A stretch of DNA of 20,000 nt from an uncultured virus (IMG/VR IMGVR_UViG_3300028373_000196) (IMGVR_UViG_3300028373_000196), one strand, 5' to 3'. Positions 1 through 9,751 are shown, counted from the first letter of the stretch. A program made the numbers and translations. Notes: generated by a model from the sequence alone, not told the origin.

Positions 1-1
1 A

Positions 2-2990
2 TACGATGTCCTTTACGGTGGAAACAGTCAAAGTCTTGTAGCGGGTCAACAATATTATTTTGGTACTGCACTGCAATTAGGCGAAGATGAAAAAGATTCA
101 ACTCTTGCTGTATATAATTATATTAGAACAGTTACAAAAGATTGCCTATTAAACATTACAGTTGTGCGTAAAAATTCAGTTACTACACAAGATACTAGCA
201 CTAATTCGTCTACAGTAGAGATGACAATTAAAACAAATACATTATATGACACTATAACAGGTTATATAGAGAATGGTAGTTTTATAAATGATTTTATTGA
301 CAACAATGAGCCAGACTTTTCGTCACAGGATGCTACTTCGTTGTCTTCAAGACAAACTATACTCGACAATAAAACTAAAATTTCTATTGATACTATTGAG
401 TTTTTAAATGACCAATTTTCTAGTTTTGTTTACGACGAAGTACTATGTTCAAGAGACGTTGGCTTAATCATTGATGCTGTTTCTATGGACGTTGCACTAG
501 GAACAAATTACAACTCGGTTATTGCAGGTTTGTCTTATCAAAGAATAAACTCTCTTAAAGTAAAACAAGACCAGTTTGTACAAACTAAATCGGCAATTGA
601 ATTTGTTAGAGATAGCTTAATTGCCCTTGAGGTTGGTACTACTGCAACCTCAAGGATTAATCTATCATTTAACGAAATGCTGGACATTTTTGAAAACAAT
701 AATCCGGACTCGATAACATTTCCGGAACCTACTAATGCAGATAGTGCAACTATTAATGCTAAGGATTTATTACAATTAAATAAAGATTTTCTTATAGCAG
801 AGACTATTGCGTTTATTAACGACGCATTTCCTCCCCATATATACAATGAAGAAAAATGTATACGAGATGTTGGATTAATTTTAGATGCTGTTTCACTGGA
901 TGTTGTGTTAAATTCAAATCATAATTCTATCACAGCAGGACTTTCATACAGAAGAGGAAGTTCGGCAGTAGTACTTGCTAATCAATTGTCACAGACACTA
1001 GCAGCAATAGAATTTGTAAAAGTAACAATACTTGCATTAAATATTAGTTCAACTAGCAAAATTAGAGTTGCTACGTTATTTAATGAAATAACTAACATAA
1101 TAAACACAAATGCACAGAGTACAACAGTTAACACGTTACCGATTAACGCAACAGAAAATACACTCAATGCTAATTCTCAATTTGTTGCAAACAAACTCTT
1201 TATGCAAGACGAAATTGATGCATGGATTACTGTTCAAGTTGCAGAGAACATTTCACCATTTACTTTATCATTTACATATGACGCTGCTGCATGTCGTCGA
1301 GATGTTGGATTTATAATCGATGCATTAATATTTGATACATTATACGGTGGTAATACTGCTTCTAGAGTTGTCGCAGAGAGCTATTTTGATAACGCTGTAT
1401 TACAACTCGGCACGGGTCAAACGGCTCCGACTATTGCAGTATTTGAAAGATTACAAACAGTAGTTGCTCAGGTCATACAGAAACAAAGTGTAGTAGTGTC
1501 AACTGGCAATGCCAGTGTGCAAGATATTACCGGCGACGCAGCAAGTGTCAATGAAGCAAATGACGCAACTTCATTAATTCAAATAACCATTGATATTGTA
1601 CAAGCAGGATCAGCTGCCGGCTTGGACGAAAAAGAACTTCCTTCAATAACTTGGACGGCAACAACTGCTCAGGCTGATTATGCAACAATTATTGGTAACA
1701 AGTCATCTGTTTCGTTACTTGCTATTGCCGAGATTAACAATGAAATTGCAGACTTTGCGTTTGACGAAGACAAGTGTGCAAGAGATGTAGGATTTATTGT
1801 TGATGCATTAACATACGATACACTTTATGGCGGTAATACTGCAATGCGCACAGTAGCATTGAGTTACTTTGCGGGCAGGACAAGTCAGCTAGGTGCCGAC
1901 GAAGTTATGGAAACTATTTCAGCTTATGATCATCTTAGTTCGGTAATCACCGATGTTGTACAGGAAGTGGCAATCTCGGTAACTACTGGAAATATAGAAT
2001 CACAGGTGATTAATTCAACTCCATCAAATGCAGTTACAGCAACAGGAATTGCAAGAAAATTAGAATTAGTGATCTCTGTTATAAGAGCAGGTAATACCGA
2101 TTCAGTAGTTTCAAAAATTAATCCGTCAATTGCGTGGGCACCGACAGAATTACAAAGTGACTATTTAGAAATAGTTACCAGTAGTATCGACACGCGAGCA
2201 GCGACAATAGATTATATTAATACTCGATTTAGTAAGTTCAATTACAACCAGTCAAAGTGTGCAAGGGATATTAAGCTTATTATACAAGCAGTTGTTGACG
2301 ACTTGGCACTTGATACTAACTATAAAACTATATTAGCAGGAAAGAGTTATTATAGAGCAAGCGCAGCAAAAGTTATTGGCAATCAGTTATCAGAAACAAC
2401 TGCGGCGATTAACTTCGTTAAGATAAAAATACTAGAATTAATAGATAGTTCTATTAGCGACTATAGTACAATTTCGGATAGTTTTGATATGTTAATTAAC
2501 ATTATATCTAACGGTACTAGTGTAGCACCTGCGATTAATTACACTGCGCCGGTTGGCGTAAATGTAAATGTAGAACAGTCAAGAGATATTTTGCAAAATA
2601 ACAAACAATTTATAATCGACGAGGGTACTGCATTTATTTCTTTATATTATCCGTTACTCGAATACAATTCTGCAAAATGTGAAGAAGATATTGCATTTAT
2701 AATAGATGCAATTACATACGATTTATTATACAATGGAAACAGTCAAACAATTGATGCCGCTGATGAATATTATAGCGGCGGCACATTACAGATTCCGGCA
2801 AGTCAAAAATCTGTCACCCTTGCAACTTATGCAAGATTAAAAGATGTTGTATCTGATTGCATAACTAACATTACAGTTAATTCACTGCAATCCGTAAGTG
2901 TACAAGATACTTCGATTGCACCTGCTACAGCTACCGAAGTGATCAAAGTTGAGGAGTTGTTTGACATTGTAATTAGACTGGTTGATAACG
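2..2990 (+). repeat. Degenerate protein-level tandem repeats (137-161 aa period)
   Basis: Conserved Cys codons at 446, 857, 1292, 1775, 2258 and 2678 (CSRD, CIRD, CRRD, CARD, CARD, CEED), spaced 411, 435, 483, 483 and 420 nt. Confidence 0.9.
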
Positions 2991-3358
2991 GATATGTATG
3001 TCAGGTAACACTTGATGAAACTATTCCACTTGATACCAACGACATTATATCAGGATCTTCAGTTAGTTTCCATCAGTATAGTTTAATTACTGCAAGCGGA
3101 CATACATTTGAGTGGGTCGGCGCCGGCATAGACGTTAACGCTGCATTACCGTACGAAGGTGGACGGCCAATTCTAGAAAATCAAGTTATACAACAAAACG
3201 GCGGCAGAGTCTACTATACTGGTACAGATCAGGAAGGCGATTTTAGAATCGGTGATGACTTAACGATAAATAGAACGACAGGTACAATTGAAGGCGACAC
3301 TTTTGATAGAAGTTTGTTTGCTGTGCTAACACCATACATACTAGCAATTGAGGATTAA
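2..3358 (+). CDS. Large virion structural protein with tandem CxRD helical repeats (5'-truncated by the window edge)
   Basis: The frame of ORF 164..3358 is open back to nt 2 (YDVLYGGNSQSLVAGQQYYF...), so GTG164 is not the true start. There are six complete repeats Y/F-x4-C-x-R-D-x5-(D/Q)A-x3-D...N...SY plus a partial one at nt 2-60. The C-terminus SGHTFEWVGAG...GGRVYYTGTDQEGDFRIG...SLFAVLTPYILAIE resembles large structural proteins of T4-like cyano/marine phages (from recall). Confidence 0.8.
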   Translation, partial: YDVLYGGNSQSLVAGQQYYFGTALQLGEDEKDSTLAVYNYIRTVTKDCLLNITVVRKNSVTTQDTSTNSSTVEMTIKTNTLYDTITGYIENGSFINDFIDNNEPDFSSQDATSLSSRQTILDNKTKISIDTIEFLNDQFSSFVYDEVLCSRDVGLIIDAVSMDVALGTNYNSVIAGLSYQRINSLKVKQDQFVQTKSAIEFVRDSLIALEVGTTATSRINLSFNEMLDIFENNNPDSITFPEPTNADSATINAKDLLQLNKDFLIAETIAFINDAFPPHIYNEEKCIRDVGLILDAVSLDVVLNSNHNSITAGLSYRRGSSAVVLANQLSQTLAAIEFVKVTILALNISSTSKIRVATLFNEITNIINTNAQSTTVNTLPINATENTLNANSQFVANKLFMQDEIDAWITVQVAENISPFTLSFTYDAAACRRDVGFIIDALIFDTLYGGNTASRVVAESYFDNAVLQLGTGQTAPTIAVFERLQTVVAQVIQKQSVVVSTGNASVQDITGDAASVNEANDATSLIQITIDIVQAGSAAGLDEKELPSITWTATTAQADYATIIGNKSSVSLLAIAEINNEIADFAFDEDKCARDVGFIVDALTYDTLYGGNTAMRTVALSYFAGRTSQLGADEVMETISAYDHLSSVITDVVQEVAISVTTGNIESQVINSTPSNAVTATGIARKLELVISVIRAGNTDSVVSKINPSIAWAPTELQSDYLEIVTSSIDTRAATIDYINTRFSKFNYNQSKCARDIKLIIQAVVDDLALDTNYKTILAGKSYYRASAAKVIGNQLSETTAAINFVKIKILELIDSSISDYSTISDSFDMLINIISNGTSVAPAINYTAPVGVNVNVEQSRDILQNNKQFIIDEGTAFISLYYPLLEYNSAKCEEDIAFIIDAITYDLLYNGNSQTIDAADEYYSGGTLQIPASQKSVTLATYARLKDVVSDCITNITVNSLQSVSVQDTSIAPATATEVIKVEELFDIVIRLVDNGYVCQVTLDETIPLDTNDIISGSSVSFHQYSLITASGHTFEWVGAGIDVNAALPYEGGRPILENQVIQQNGGRVYYTGTDQEGDFRIGDDLTINRTTGTIEGDTFDRSLFAVLTPYILAIED

Positions 3359-3363
3359 TAATA

Positions 3364-3702
3364 ATGGCATCACCTATTAACGTATTTAGAACTATAACAG
3401 CAGACGTAACAACTGCTAACGAAATAATATATAGTTCACCACTAGGAAACACCGGAATTGTTCTAATGGCACAAGTTGCTAACATAACTACGTCAAGTGC
3501 TGAAATAACTTTTACACATTTTAACAGTTCGACTAATACAGATACAGAATTAGTAAAGGGATTTACAATCCCTGGAAACGATTCAACTAGCTTAATTACA
3601 GGTAAACTAATTATCGAGGAAGGCAACAGTATTAAAATATATGCATCGTCAGATAATGCATTTAAAATTACACTGAGTGTACTGGAGTCGCTTAATGCGT
3701 AA
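3364..3702 (+). CDS. Small conserved phage protein, probable virion/tail accessory
   Basis: 112 aa ORF with a GAGGA Shine-Dalgarno at ~3350-3354. The beta-rich pattern (IYSSP...IVLMAQVANI...ELVKGFTIPGNDS...GKLIIEEG..IKI) is typical of small genes following large structural proteins in T4-like marine phages. Confidence 0.7.
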   Translation: MASPINVFRTITADVTTANEIIYSSPLGNTGIVLMAQVANITTSSAEITFTHFNSSTNTDTELVKGFTIPGNDSTSLITGKLIIEEGNSIKIYASSDNAFKITLSVLESLNA

Positions 3703-6700
3703 TTTAAAACTTTTAAGTAATAAAGTTAAAAAAACTCCGTCTGCAGATGCCTCTGCAGACCGTTATGATTTTATAGATCTACAAAATGCCGAGCCAGACT
3801 TAGGAGTACCCACAGTTGAAAATAGTGTTCCGGCATCAGATATTTCTGGTACACGAAAATGGTTAAACTTTGACAATGGCATAGAAGTTAATAACGATGA
3901 TTCAATTAGCGTTGATAGCACTGTTATTCGAACATCAGGTGACCAAGTTATTAATGGACTTAAAACATTTCAGGACATTTCAACGTTTGAAAACGGCATA
4001 AATGTTGCCGACTTAAATATTAGTGGTGTTACAATTACATCAGAGATTGATGAAAATATTGTACTCAACCCTAACGGCACTGGGGTTGTTTCTGTAACTA
4101 ATTCAAGAATTATTAATGTATTACCGCCAACTGGCCCGCAAGATGCTGCTACCAAGAACTATGTTGACACATTTAATTCTGGAAAGTATTCAAACTGGAC
4201 ATATATAACTGGCAATTATACTGCTATTTCCGGAGATGCATTATTACTTGATAGTACTACTACTGGATCATTTAATGTTACATTGCCGGCTGCACCAGTA
4301 TCGGGTAGTGTTGTTATTATCGGCGACGGTGGCAATGTAGCGGTTAATAATGTTACAGTAATACGCAACGGGAATACAATCGAAGGACAGACTAATGACT
4401 ATGTATTATCAGTTTCTGAAGAGATTAATAGGTTTATATTTGATGGTTCTACATGGCAAATATTAACGTCAACAACTGCATTGCTTGGAGCCGAAACCTC
4501 TGATACAGAGCCAAGCAATGCAGTAGACGGACAAGTTTGGTTTAATACGTCTGACTCGACTCTTAATATATATTATGATGATGGAACAAGTCAACAATGG
4601 GTAACCACTAGTGGTCCACAAGGACCACAAGGTGATACTGGTAGTAGCAGCGACCGCTACAAAACAACTAGTTCATCGACACTTACTATTAGCACAGGTA
4701 CAAAAAACTTAGTTGTTGACGAAGATTTATCATACTCTATCTCTCAAACAGTTATTATATCATTTGACAGCATAAACTTTATGACAGGCGAAGTAGTTAG
4801 CTACAATCCTGTTAATGGAGATCTTGAAGTTAATGTTACATCGATAACTGGATCTGGCACATATAGTACATGGGATGTAAACTTAGACGGAGTTGCAGGC
4901 ATAAAAGGTGACACTGGATTTACTGGATCTGTTGGCACTGGGTTTTCTGGATCTCAGGGAATACGTGGCCCAATCGGCTATACTGGATCTCGCGGATTTA
5001 CTGGGTCACAGGGCAATCTTGGCTATACTGGATCACAGGGTAATCTTGGCTATACTGGATCTCGCGGATTTACTGGGTCACAGGGCAATCTTGGCTATAC
5101 TGGATCACAGGGTAATCTTGGCTATACTGGATCTCTCGGATTTACTGGGTCCCGAGGTATTCAAGGTACAACGGGCATCCAAGGTATTCAAGGAACTACT
5201 GGCATTCAAGGCATAGATGGGTCCCAAGGTATTCAAGGTATAGATGGGACTTTGGGCGCACAGGGTATTCAGGGTATTCAAGGTATTCAAGGAACAGCGG
5301 GTATTCAGGGTATTCAAGGTATTCAAGGTATTCAAGGAACTACTGGCATTCAAGGAACAGTTGGGTCCCAGGGTATTCAAGGAACAGCGGGTATTCAGGG
5401 TATTCAAGGTATTCAAGGTATTCAAGGAACTACTGGCATTCAAGGCATTCAGGGAACTACTGGTATTCAAGGTAGACAAGGCGTTCAAGGAACAACTGGC
5501 ATTCAAGGTATTCAAGGAACTACTGGCATTCAGGGCATAGATGGAACCTTGGGCGCACAAGGTATTCAGGGTATTCGAGGAACTACTGGTATTCAAGGAA
5601 CTACTGGCATTCAGGGCATAGATGGAACCTTGGGCGCACAAGGTATTCAAGGAACTACTGGCATTCAAGGTATTCAAGGAACTACTGGCATTCAGGGCAT
5701 AGATGGAACCTTGGGCGCACAAGGTATTCAGGGTATTCGAGGAACTACTGGTATTCAAGGAACTACTGGCATTCAGGGCATAGATGGAACCTTGGGCGCA
5801 CAAGGTATTCAAGGTATTCGAGGAACTACTGGTATTCAAGGAACTACTGGCATTCAGGGCATAGATGGTACTCTGGGTGCACAAGGTGCACAGGGTATTC
5901 AAGGCATTCAAGGAACTACTGGTATTCGAGGTATAGATGGTACTCTGGGTGCACAGGGTATTCAAGGCATTCAAGGAACTACTGGTATTCGAGGTATAGA
6001 TGGTACTCTGGGTGCACAAGGTGCACAGGGTATTCAAGGCATTCAAGGAACTACTGGTATTCGAGGTATAGATGGTACTCTGGGTGCACAAGGTGCACAG
6101 GGTATTCAAGGCATTCAAGGAACTACTGGTATTCGAGGTATAGATGGTACTCTGGGTGCACAGGGTATTCAAGGCATTCAAGGCATTCAGGGAACTACTG
6201 GCATTCAGGGCATAGATGGTACTCTGGGTGCACAAGGTGCACAGGGTATTCAAGGCATTCAGGGAACAACTGGAACTGGAACCCAAGGAACAACTGGTTC
6301 CACAGGCCCAGTAGCAGGCTCAGCAAACCAAGTAATATATAAAAACTCTTCAAACACTGCAGAAGGATCAGCCAATCTCATTTTTGATGGTGCGAACTTG
6401 ACTGTTTCGGGAGACGTGACTTCTCTATCAGACGAAAGAAAAAAGACAAACATAACTAGATTGAAATCTTCTTTAGAAAAAGTCCTAATGCTTGAAGGTG
6501 TAAACTACACCATGATATCCGACGAATCGGACAGAGTCCACATGGGACTAATCGCACAGAAGACAGAAGAACACGTGCCAGAAGTAGTTTATGAGTTTAA
6601 TGGGATGAAGTCTGTTGCATATGGTAATATAGTTGCACTGCTAATCGAAGCTGTAAAAGACATACAGGCACAAATAGAAGATATTAAAAATGGGGTTTAA
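3695..6700 (+). CDS. Collagen-like tail fibre with C-terminal intramolecular chaperone (peptidase S74-like)
   Basis: ATG3695 overlaps the upstream stop (ATGCGTAA), with GGAG at 3684-3687, and is a better start than GTG3677. Fibre motifs DAATKNYVD, TLPAAP..G..V...D......N.T..RNG..I.G and P.....GQVWFN are present. Gly-X-Y tract at ~4889-6310. C-terminal SDERKKTNI...GLIAQ...PEVV...VAYGNIVALLIEAVKDI is the S74 chaperone signature. Confidence 0.88.
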   Translation: MRNLKLLSNKVKKTPSADASADRYDFIDLQNAEPDLGVPTVENSVPASDISGTRKWLNFDNGIEVNNDDSISVDSTVIRTSGDQVINGLKTFQDISTFENGINVADLNISGVTITSEIDENIVLNPNGTGVVSVTNSRIINVLPPTGPQDAATKNYVDTFNSGKYSNWTYITGNYTAISGDALLLDSTTTGSFNVTLPAAPVSGSVVIIGDGGNVAVNNVTVIRNGNTIEGQTNDYVLSVSEEINRFIFDGSTWQILTSTTALLGAETSDTEPSNAVDGQVWFNTSDSTLNIYYDDGTSQQWVTTSGPQGPQGDTGSSSDRYKTTSSSTLTISTGTKNLVVDEDLSYSISQTVIISFDSINFMTGEVVSYNPVNGDLEVNVTSITGSGTYSTWDVNLDGVAGIKGDTGFTGSVGTGFSGSQGIRGPIGYTGSRGFTGSQGNLGYTGSQGNLGYTGSRGFTGSQGNLGYTGSQGNLGYTGSLGFTGSRGIQGTTGIQGIQGTTGIQGIDGSQGIQGIDGTLGAQGIQGIQGIQGTAGIQGIQGIQGIQGTTGIQGTVGSQGIQGTAGIQGIQGIQGIQGTTGIQGIQGTTGIQGRQGVQGTTGIQGIQGTTGIQGIDGTLGAQGIQGIRGTTGIQGTTGIQGIDGTLGAQGIQGTTGIQGIQGTTGIQGIDGTLGAQGIQGIRGTTGIQGTTGIQGIDGTLGAQGIQGIRGTTGIQGTTGIQGIDGTLGAQGAQGIQGIQGTTGIRGIDGTLGAQGIQGIQGTTGIRGIDGTLGAQGAQGIQGIQGTTGIRGIDGTLGAQGAQGIQGIQGTTGIRGIDGTLGAQGIQGIQGIQGTTGIQGIDGTLGAQGAQGIQGIQGTTGTGTQGTTGSTGPVAGSANQVIYKNSSNTAEGSANLIFDGANLTVSGDVTSLSDERKKTNITRLKSSLEKVLMLEGVNYTMISDESDRVHMGLIAQKTEEHVPEVVYEFNGMKSVAYGNIVALLIEAVKDIQAQIEDIKNGV
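4889..6310 (+). repeat. Collagen-like Gly-X-Y repeat tract (~470 aa)
   Basis: GFTGS/GYTGSQGNL units run to ~5150, followed by GIQ/GTT/GID/GTL/GAQ units encoded by near-identical 9-nt blocks (ggtattcaa, ggaactact). Confidence 0.95.
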
Positions 6701-7931
6701 ATCAAGCAAAGACGGTACGGTGACATCTGCCAAAGATGCCACATCACCAAGAGGTATACCATTTATGTATAACACAGGCGACAATACGACAGTACCCACC
6801 AATGAAACAAAAATAACAGCAAGTGATGGTGCAGCAGGTGACCGATTTGGATGGTCTGTGGCAGTCGGTTCAGGTAGAATTGTAGTTGGTGCACGCCTTG
6901 ATGATGATTTAGGAAGTGATTCGGGTTCTGCATACATATTTGATCTTGATGGAACCCAGCTTGCAAAAATAACAGCAAGTGATGGTGCAGCATTTGACTA
7001 TTTTGGATGGTCTGTGGCAGTCGGTTCAGGCAGAATTGTAGTTGGTGCATGGAGTGATGATGATGCAGGAAGCAATTCAGGTTCTGCATATATATTTGAT
7101 CTTGATGGAAACCAGATTGCAAAGATAACAGCAAGCGATGGTGCAGCAGGTGACTTTTTTGGATATTCTGTGGCAGTCGGTTCAGGCAGAATTGTAGTTG
7201 GTGCATATGGTGATGATGATGCAGGAAGCAATTCAGGTTCTGCATATATATTTGATCTTGATGGAAACCAGATTGCAAAGATAACAGCAAGCGATGGTGC
7301 AGCAGGTGACTTTTTTGGATATTCTGTGGCAGTCGGTTCAGGTAGAATTGTAGTTGGTGCATATGGTGATGATGATGCAGGAAGTGCTTCAGGCTCTGCA
7401 TACATTTTTGATCTTGATGGAAACCAGATTGCAAAGATAACAGCAAGCGATGGTGCAGCGAACGACTTTTTTGGATATTCTGTGGCAGTCGGTTCAGGTA
7501 GAATTGTAGTTGGTGCATATGGTGATGATGATGCAGGAAGTGCTTCAGGTTCTGCATACATTTTTGATCTTGATGGAAATCAGATTGCAAAGATAACTGC
7601 AAGTGATGGTGCAGCGGGCAGCCGATTTGGATATTCTGTGGCAGTCGGTTCAGGTAGAATTGTAGTTGGTGCATGGCTAGATGATGACGCAGGAAGTGCT
7701 TCAGGTTCTGCATACATATTTGATCTTGATGGAACCCAAATCACAAAAATAACAGCAAGCGATGGTGCAACATTTGACCGATTTGGACAGTCTGTGGCAG
7801 TCGGTTCAGGTAGAATTGTAGTTGGTGCACCACTTGATGATGACGCGGGAAGTGATTCGGGTTCTGCATACACATATACAACACCACCTGTTGTAACACC
7901 GTATGATGTACAAGATTGGAGCAGAACATAA
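6690..7931 (+). CDS. FG-GAP repeat beta-propeller protein 1 (7 blades), putative adhesin
   Basis: Seven 52-aa repeats KITASDGAxxxxFGxSVAVGSGRIVVGAxxDDDxGSxSGSAYIFDLDGxQIA match the FG-GAP (integrin alpha-like) pattern. The start overlaps the fibre stop codon. Confidence 0.9.
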   Translation: MGFKSSKDGTVTSAKDATSPRGIPFMYNTGDNTTVPTNETKITASDGAAGDRFGWSVAVGSGRIVVGARLDDDLGSDSGSAYIFDLDGTQLAKITASDGAAFDYFGWSVAVGSGRIVVGAWSDDDAGSNSGSAYIFDLDGNQIAKITASDGAAGDFFGYSVAVGSGRIVVGAYGDDDAGSNSGSAYIFDLDGNQIAKITASDGAAGDFFGYSVAVGSGRIVVGAYGDDDAGSASGSAYIFDLDGNQIAKITASDGAANDFFGYSVAVGSGRIVVGAYGDDDAGSASGSAYIFDLDGNQIAKITASDGAAGSRFGYSVAVGSGRIVVGAWLDDDAGSASGSAYIFDLDGTQITKITASDGATFDRFGQSVAVGSGRIVVGAPLDDDAGSDSGSAYTYTTPPVVTPYDVQDWSRT

Positions 7932-9145
7932 TGACATTTAAAACAACATCAGTTGTAATTGATGATTACGCTTCGGTTATACACGAGTCTTTCAACAAGA
8001 TAACAACAAACATTGTTGCAACAGAAACAAAAATAACAGCAAGTGATGGTGCAGCGGATGACCAATTTGGACAGTCTGTGGCAGTCGGTTCAGGTAGAAT
8101 TGTAGTTGGTGCATGGAGTGATGATGATGCAGGAAGCAATTCAGGTTCTGCATATATATTTGATCTTGATGGAAACCAGATTGCAAAGATAACAGCAAGC
8201 GATGGTGCAATAGGAGACCGATTTGGATATTCTGTGGCAGTCGGGTCAGGTAGAATTGTAGTTGGTGCATGGAGTGATGATGATAACGGATCCACTTCAG
8301 GTTCTGCATACATTTTTGATCTTGATGGAAACCAGATTGCAAAAATAACAGCAAGTGATGGTGCAGCGAACGACCAATTTGGATATTCTGTTGCTGTCGG
8401 TTCAGGTAGAATTGTTGTTGGTGCATATGGTGATGATGATGCAGGAAGTGTTTCAGGTTCTGCATACATTTTTGATCTTGATGGAAATCAGATTGCAAAG
8501 ATAACGGCAAGCGATGGTGCAACAAGTGACCAATTTGGATGGTCTGTGGCAATCGGTTCAGGCAGAATTGTAGTTGGTGCATGGGGCAACAATGACGCAG
8601 GAGATGATTCAGGTTCTGCATATATATTTGATCTTGATGGAACCCAGATTGCAAAGATAACAGCAAGTGATGGTGCAGCGGGTGACGAATTTGGATATTC
8701 TGTGGCAGTCGGTTCAGGTAGAATTGTAGTTGGTGCACGGAGTGATGATGATGCAGGAAGTGCTTCAGGCTCTGCATACATTTTTGATCTTGATGGAAAC
8801 CAGATTGCAAAGATAACAGCAGGTGATGGTGCAGCATTTGACCGATTTGGATGGTCTGTGGCAGTCGGTTCAGGTAGAATTGTAGTTGGTGCACGATTTG
8901 ATGATGACGCGGGAAGTGATTCGGGTTCTGCATACATATTTGATCTTGATGGAAATCAGATTGCAAAGATAACAGCAAGCGATGGTGCAGCGGATGACTT
9001 TTTTGGATATTCCGTGGCAGTCGGTTCAGGTAGAATTGTAGTTGGTGCATATGGTGATGATGACGCAGGAGGCCAATCAGGTTCTGCATACATATATAAA
9101 ATAGACGAAACCTTCGATGTATATATCGAAGGCATTATAAATTGA
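7931..9145 (+). CDS. FG-GAP repeat beta-propeller protein 2 (7 blades), putative adhesin
   Basis: ATG7931 is coupled to the upstream stop (TAATG) and preferred over TTG7916. Seven repeats of the same consensus, with unique N- and C-termini. Confidence 0.9.
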   Translation: MTFKTTSVVIDDYASVIHESFNKITTNIVATETKITASDGAADDQFGQSVAVGSGRIVVGAWSDDDAGSNSGSAYIFDLDGNQIAKITASDGAIGDRFGYSVAVGSGRIVVGAWSDDDNGSTSGSAYIFDLDGNQIAKITASDGAANDQFGYSVAVGSGRIVVGAYGDDDAGSVSGSAYIFDLDGNQIAKITASDGATSDQFGWSVAIGSGRIVVGAWGNNDAGDDSGSAYIFDLDGTQIAKITASDGAAGDEFGYSVAVGSGRIVVGARSDDDAGSASGSAYIFDLDGNQIAKITAGDGAAFDRFGWSVAVGSGRIVVGARFDDDAGSDSGSAYIFDLDGNQIAKITASDGAADDFFGYSVAVGSGRIVVGAYGDDDAGGQSGSAYIYKIDETFDVYIEGIIN

Positions 9146-9160
9146 AACAGGGAGTTTAAT

Positions 9161-9751
9161 ATGTTATACGCACGGATAGACGAGAGTGGGAATGTCATTG
9201 AGTTTCCTGTTAGTATACGAGGTCAGATTTTGTCCGATGATATTGTAGAAGTATCAACCACTAACGCACCCACTGTCACATGGGACAAAAAAATAATGTG
9301 GAGTGGTGTGGAGATCGTTGATGGCAACTACTTCGTATTGTACGAAACGCCGACAGACAAATTTGCTACAAATGAGGCAAAATTAAAAGCCATCACTACA
9401 CTTAAAAAACAAAAAGCAGAACAAAATGAAAAGACATTCAAACAAAGATCCATGGAGCTTGCAGGAGAGTACAGCGATTTTGAAAGAGAGTCTTGGAGTC
9501 AGCAAAGATCAGAGGCAATTGCATATAATATCGATAATACTTCGCCCACCCCACTTCTATCTTCTATATGCGCAGCAAGAGGCGTGTCAATATCTCTTTT
9601 TGTATCATTTGTACTTGAAAATACTCAAGTATATGAGCATTTTTACGGTGCGTTGTTAGGCACATATCAAAAAAACAAGGACATTTTAGGAGACATCTCT
9701 TTGACAGATGAACAGACGTGGCACCTAATCGACGATGTGGTGAGATTGTAA
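9161..9751 (+). CDS. Putative tail fibre assembly/accessory protein
   Basis: GGGAG Shine-Dalgarno before the ATG. The motif YSDFERESWSQQRSEA.AY..D...PTPLLS.I..ARG recurs in small proteins encoded next to phage tail fibres. Confidence 0.6.
   Translation: MLYARIDESGNVIEFPVSIRGQILSDDIVEVSTTNAPTVTWDKKIMWSGVEIVDGNYFVLYETPTDKFATNEAKLKAITTLKKQKAEQNEKTFKQRSMELAGEYSDFERESWSQQRSEAIAYNIDNTSPTPLLSSICAARGVSISLFVSFVLENTQVYEHFYGALLGTYQKNKDILGDISLTDEQTWHLIDDVVRL

Noticed and set aside
4908..6286. Alternative-frame and antisense ORFs over the collagen tract (393 aa Ser/Asn/Leu/Thr; VFKVFK; AILAILD)
   Set aside because: Low-complexity by-products of the 9-nt Gly-X-Y repeats.
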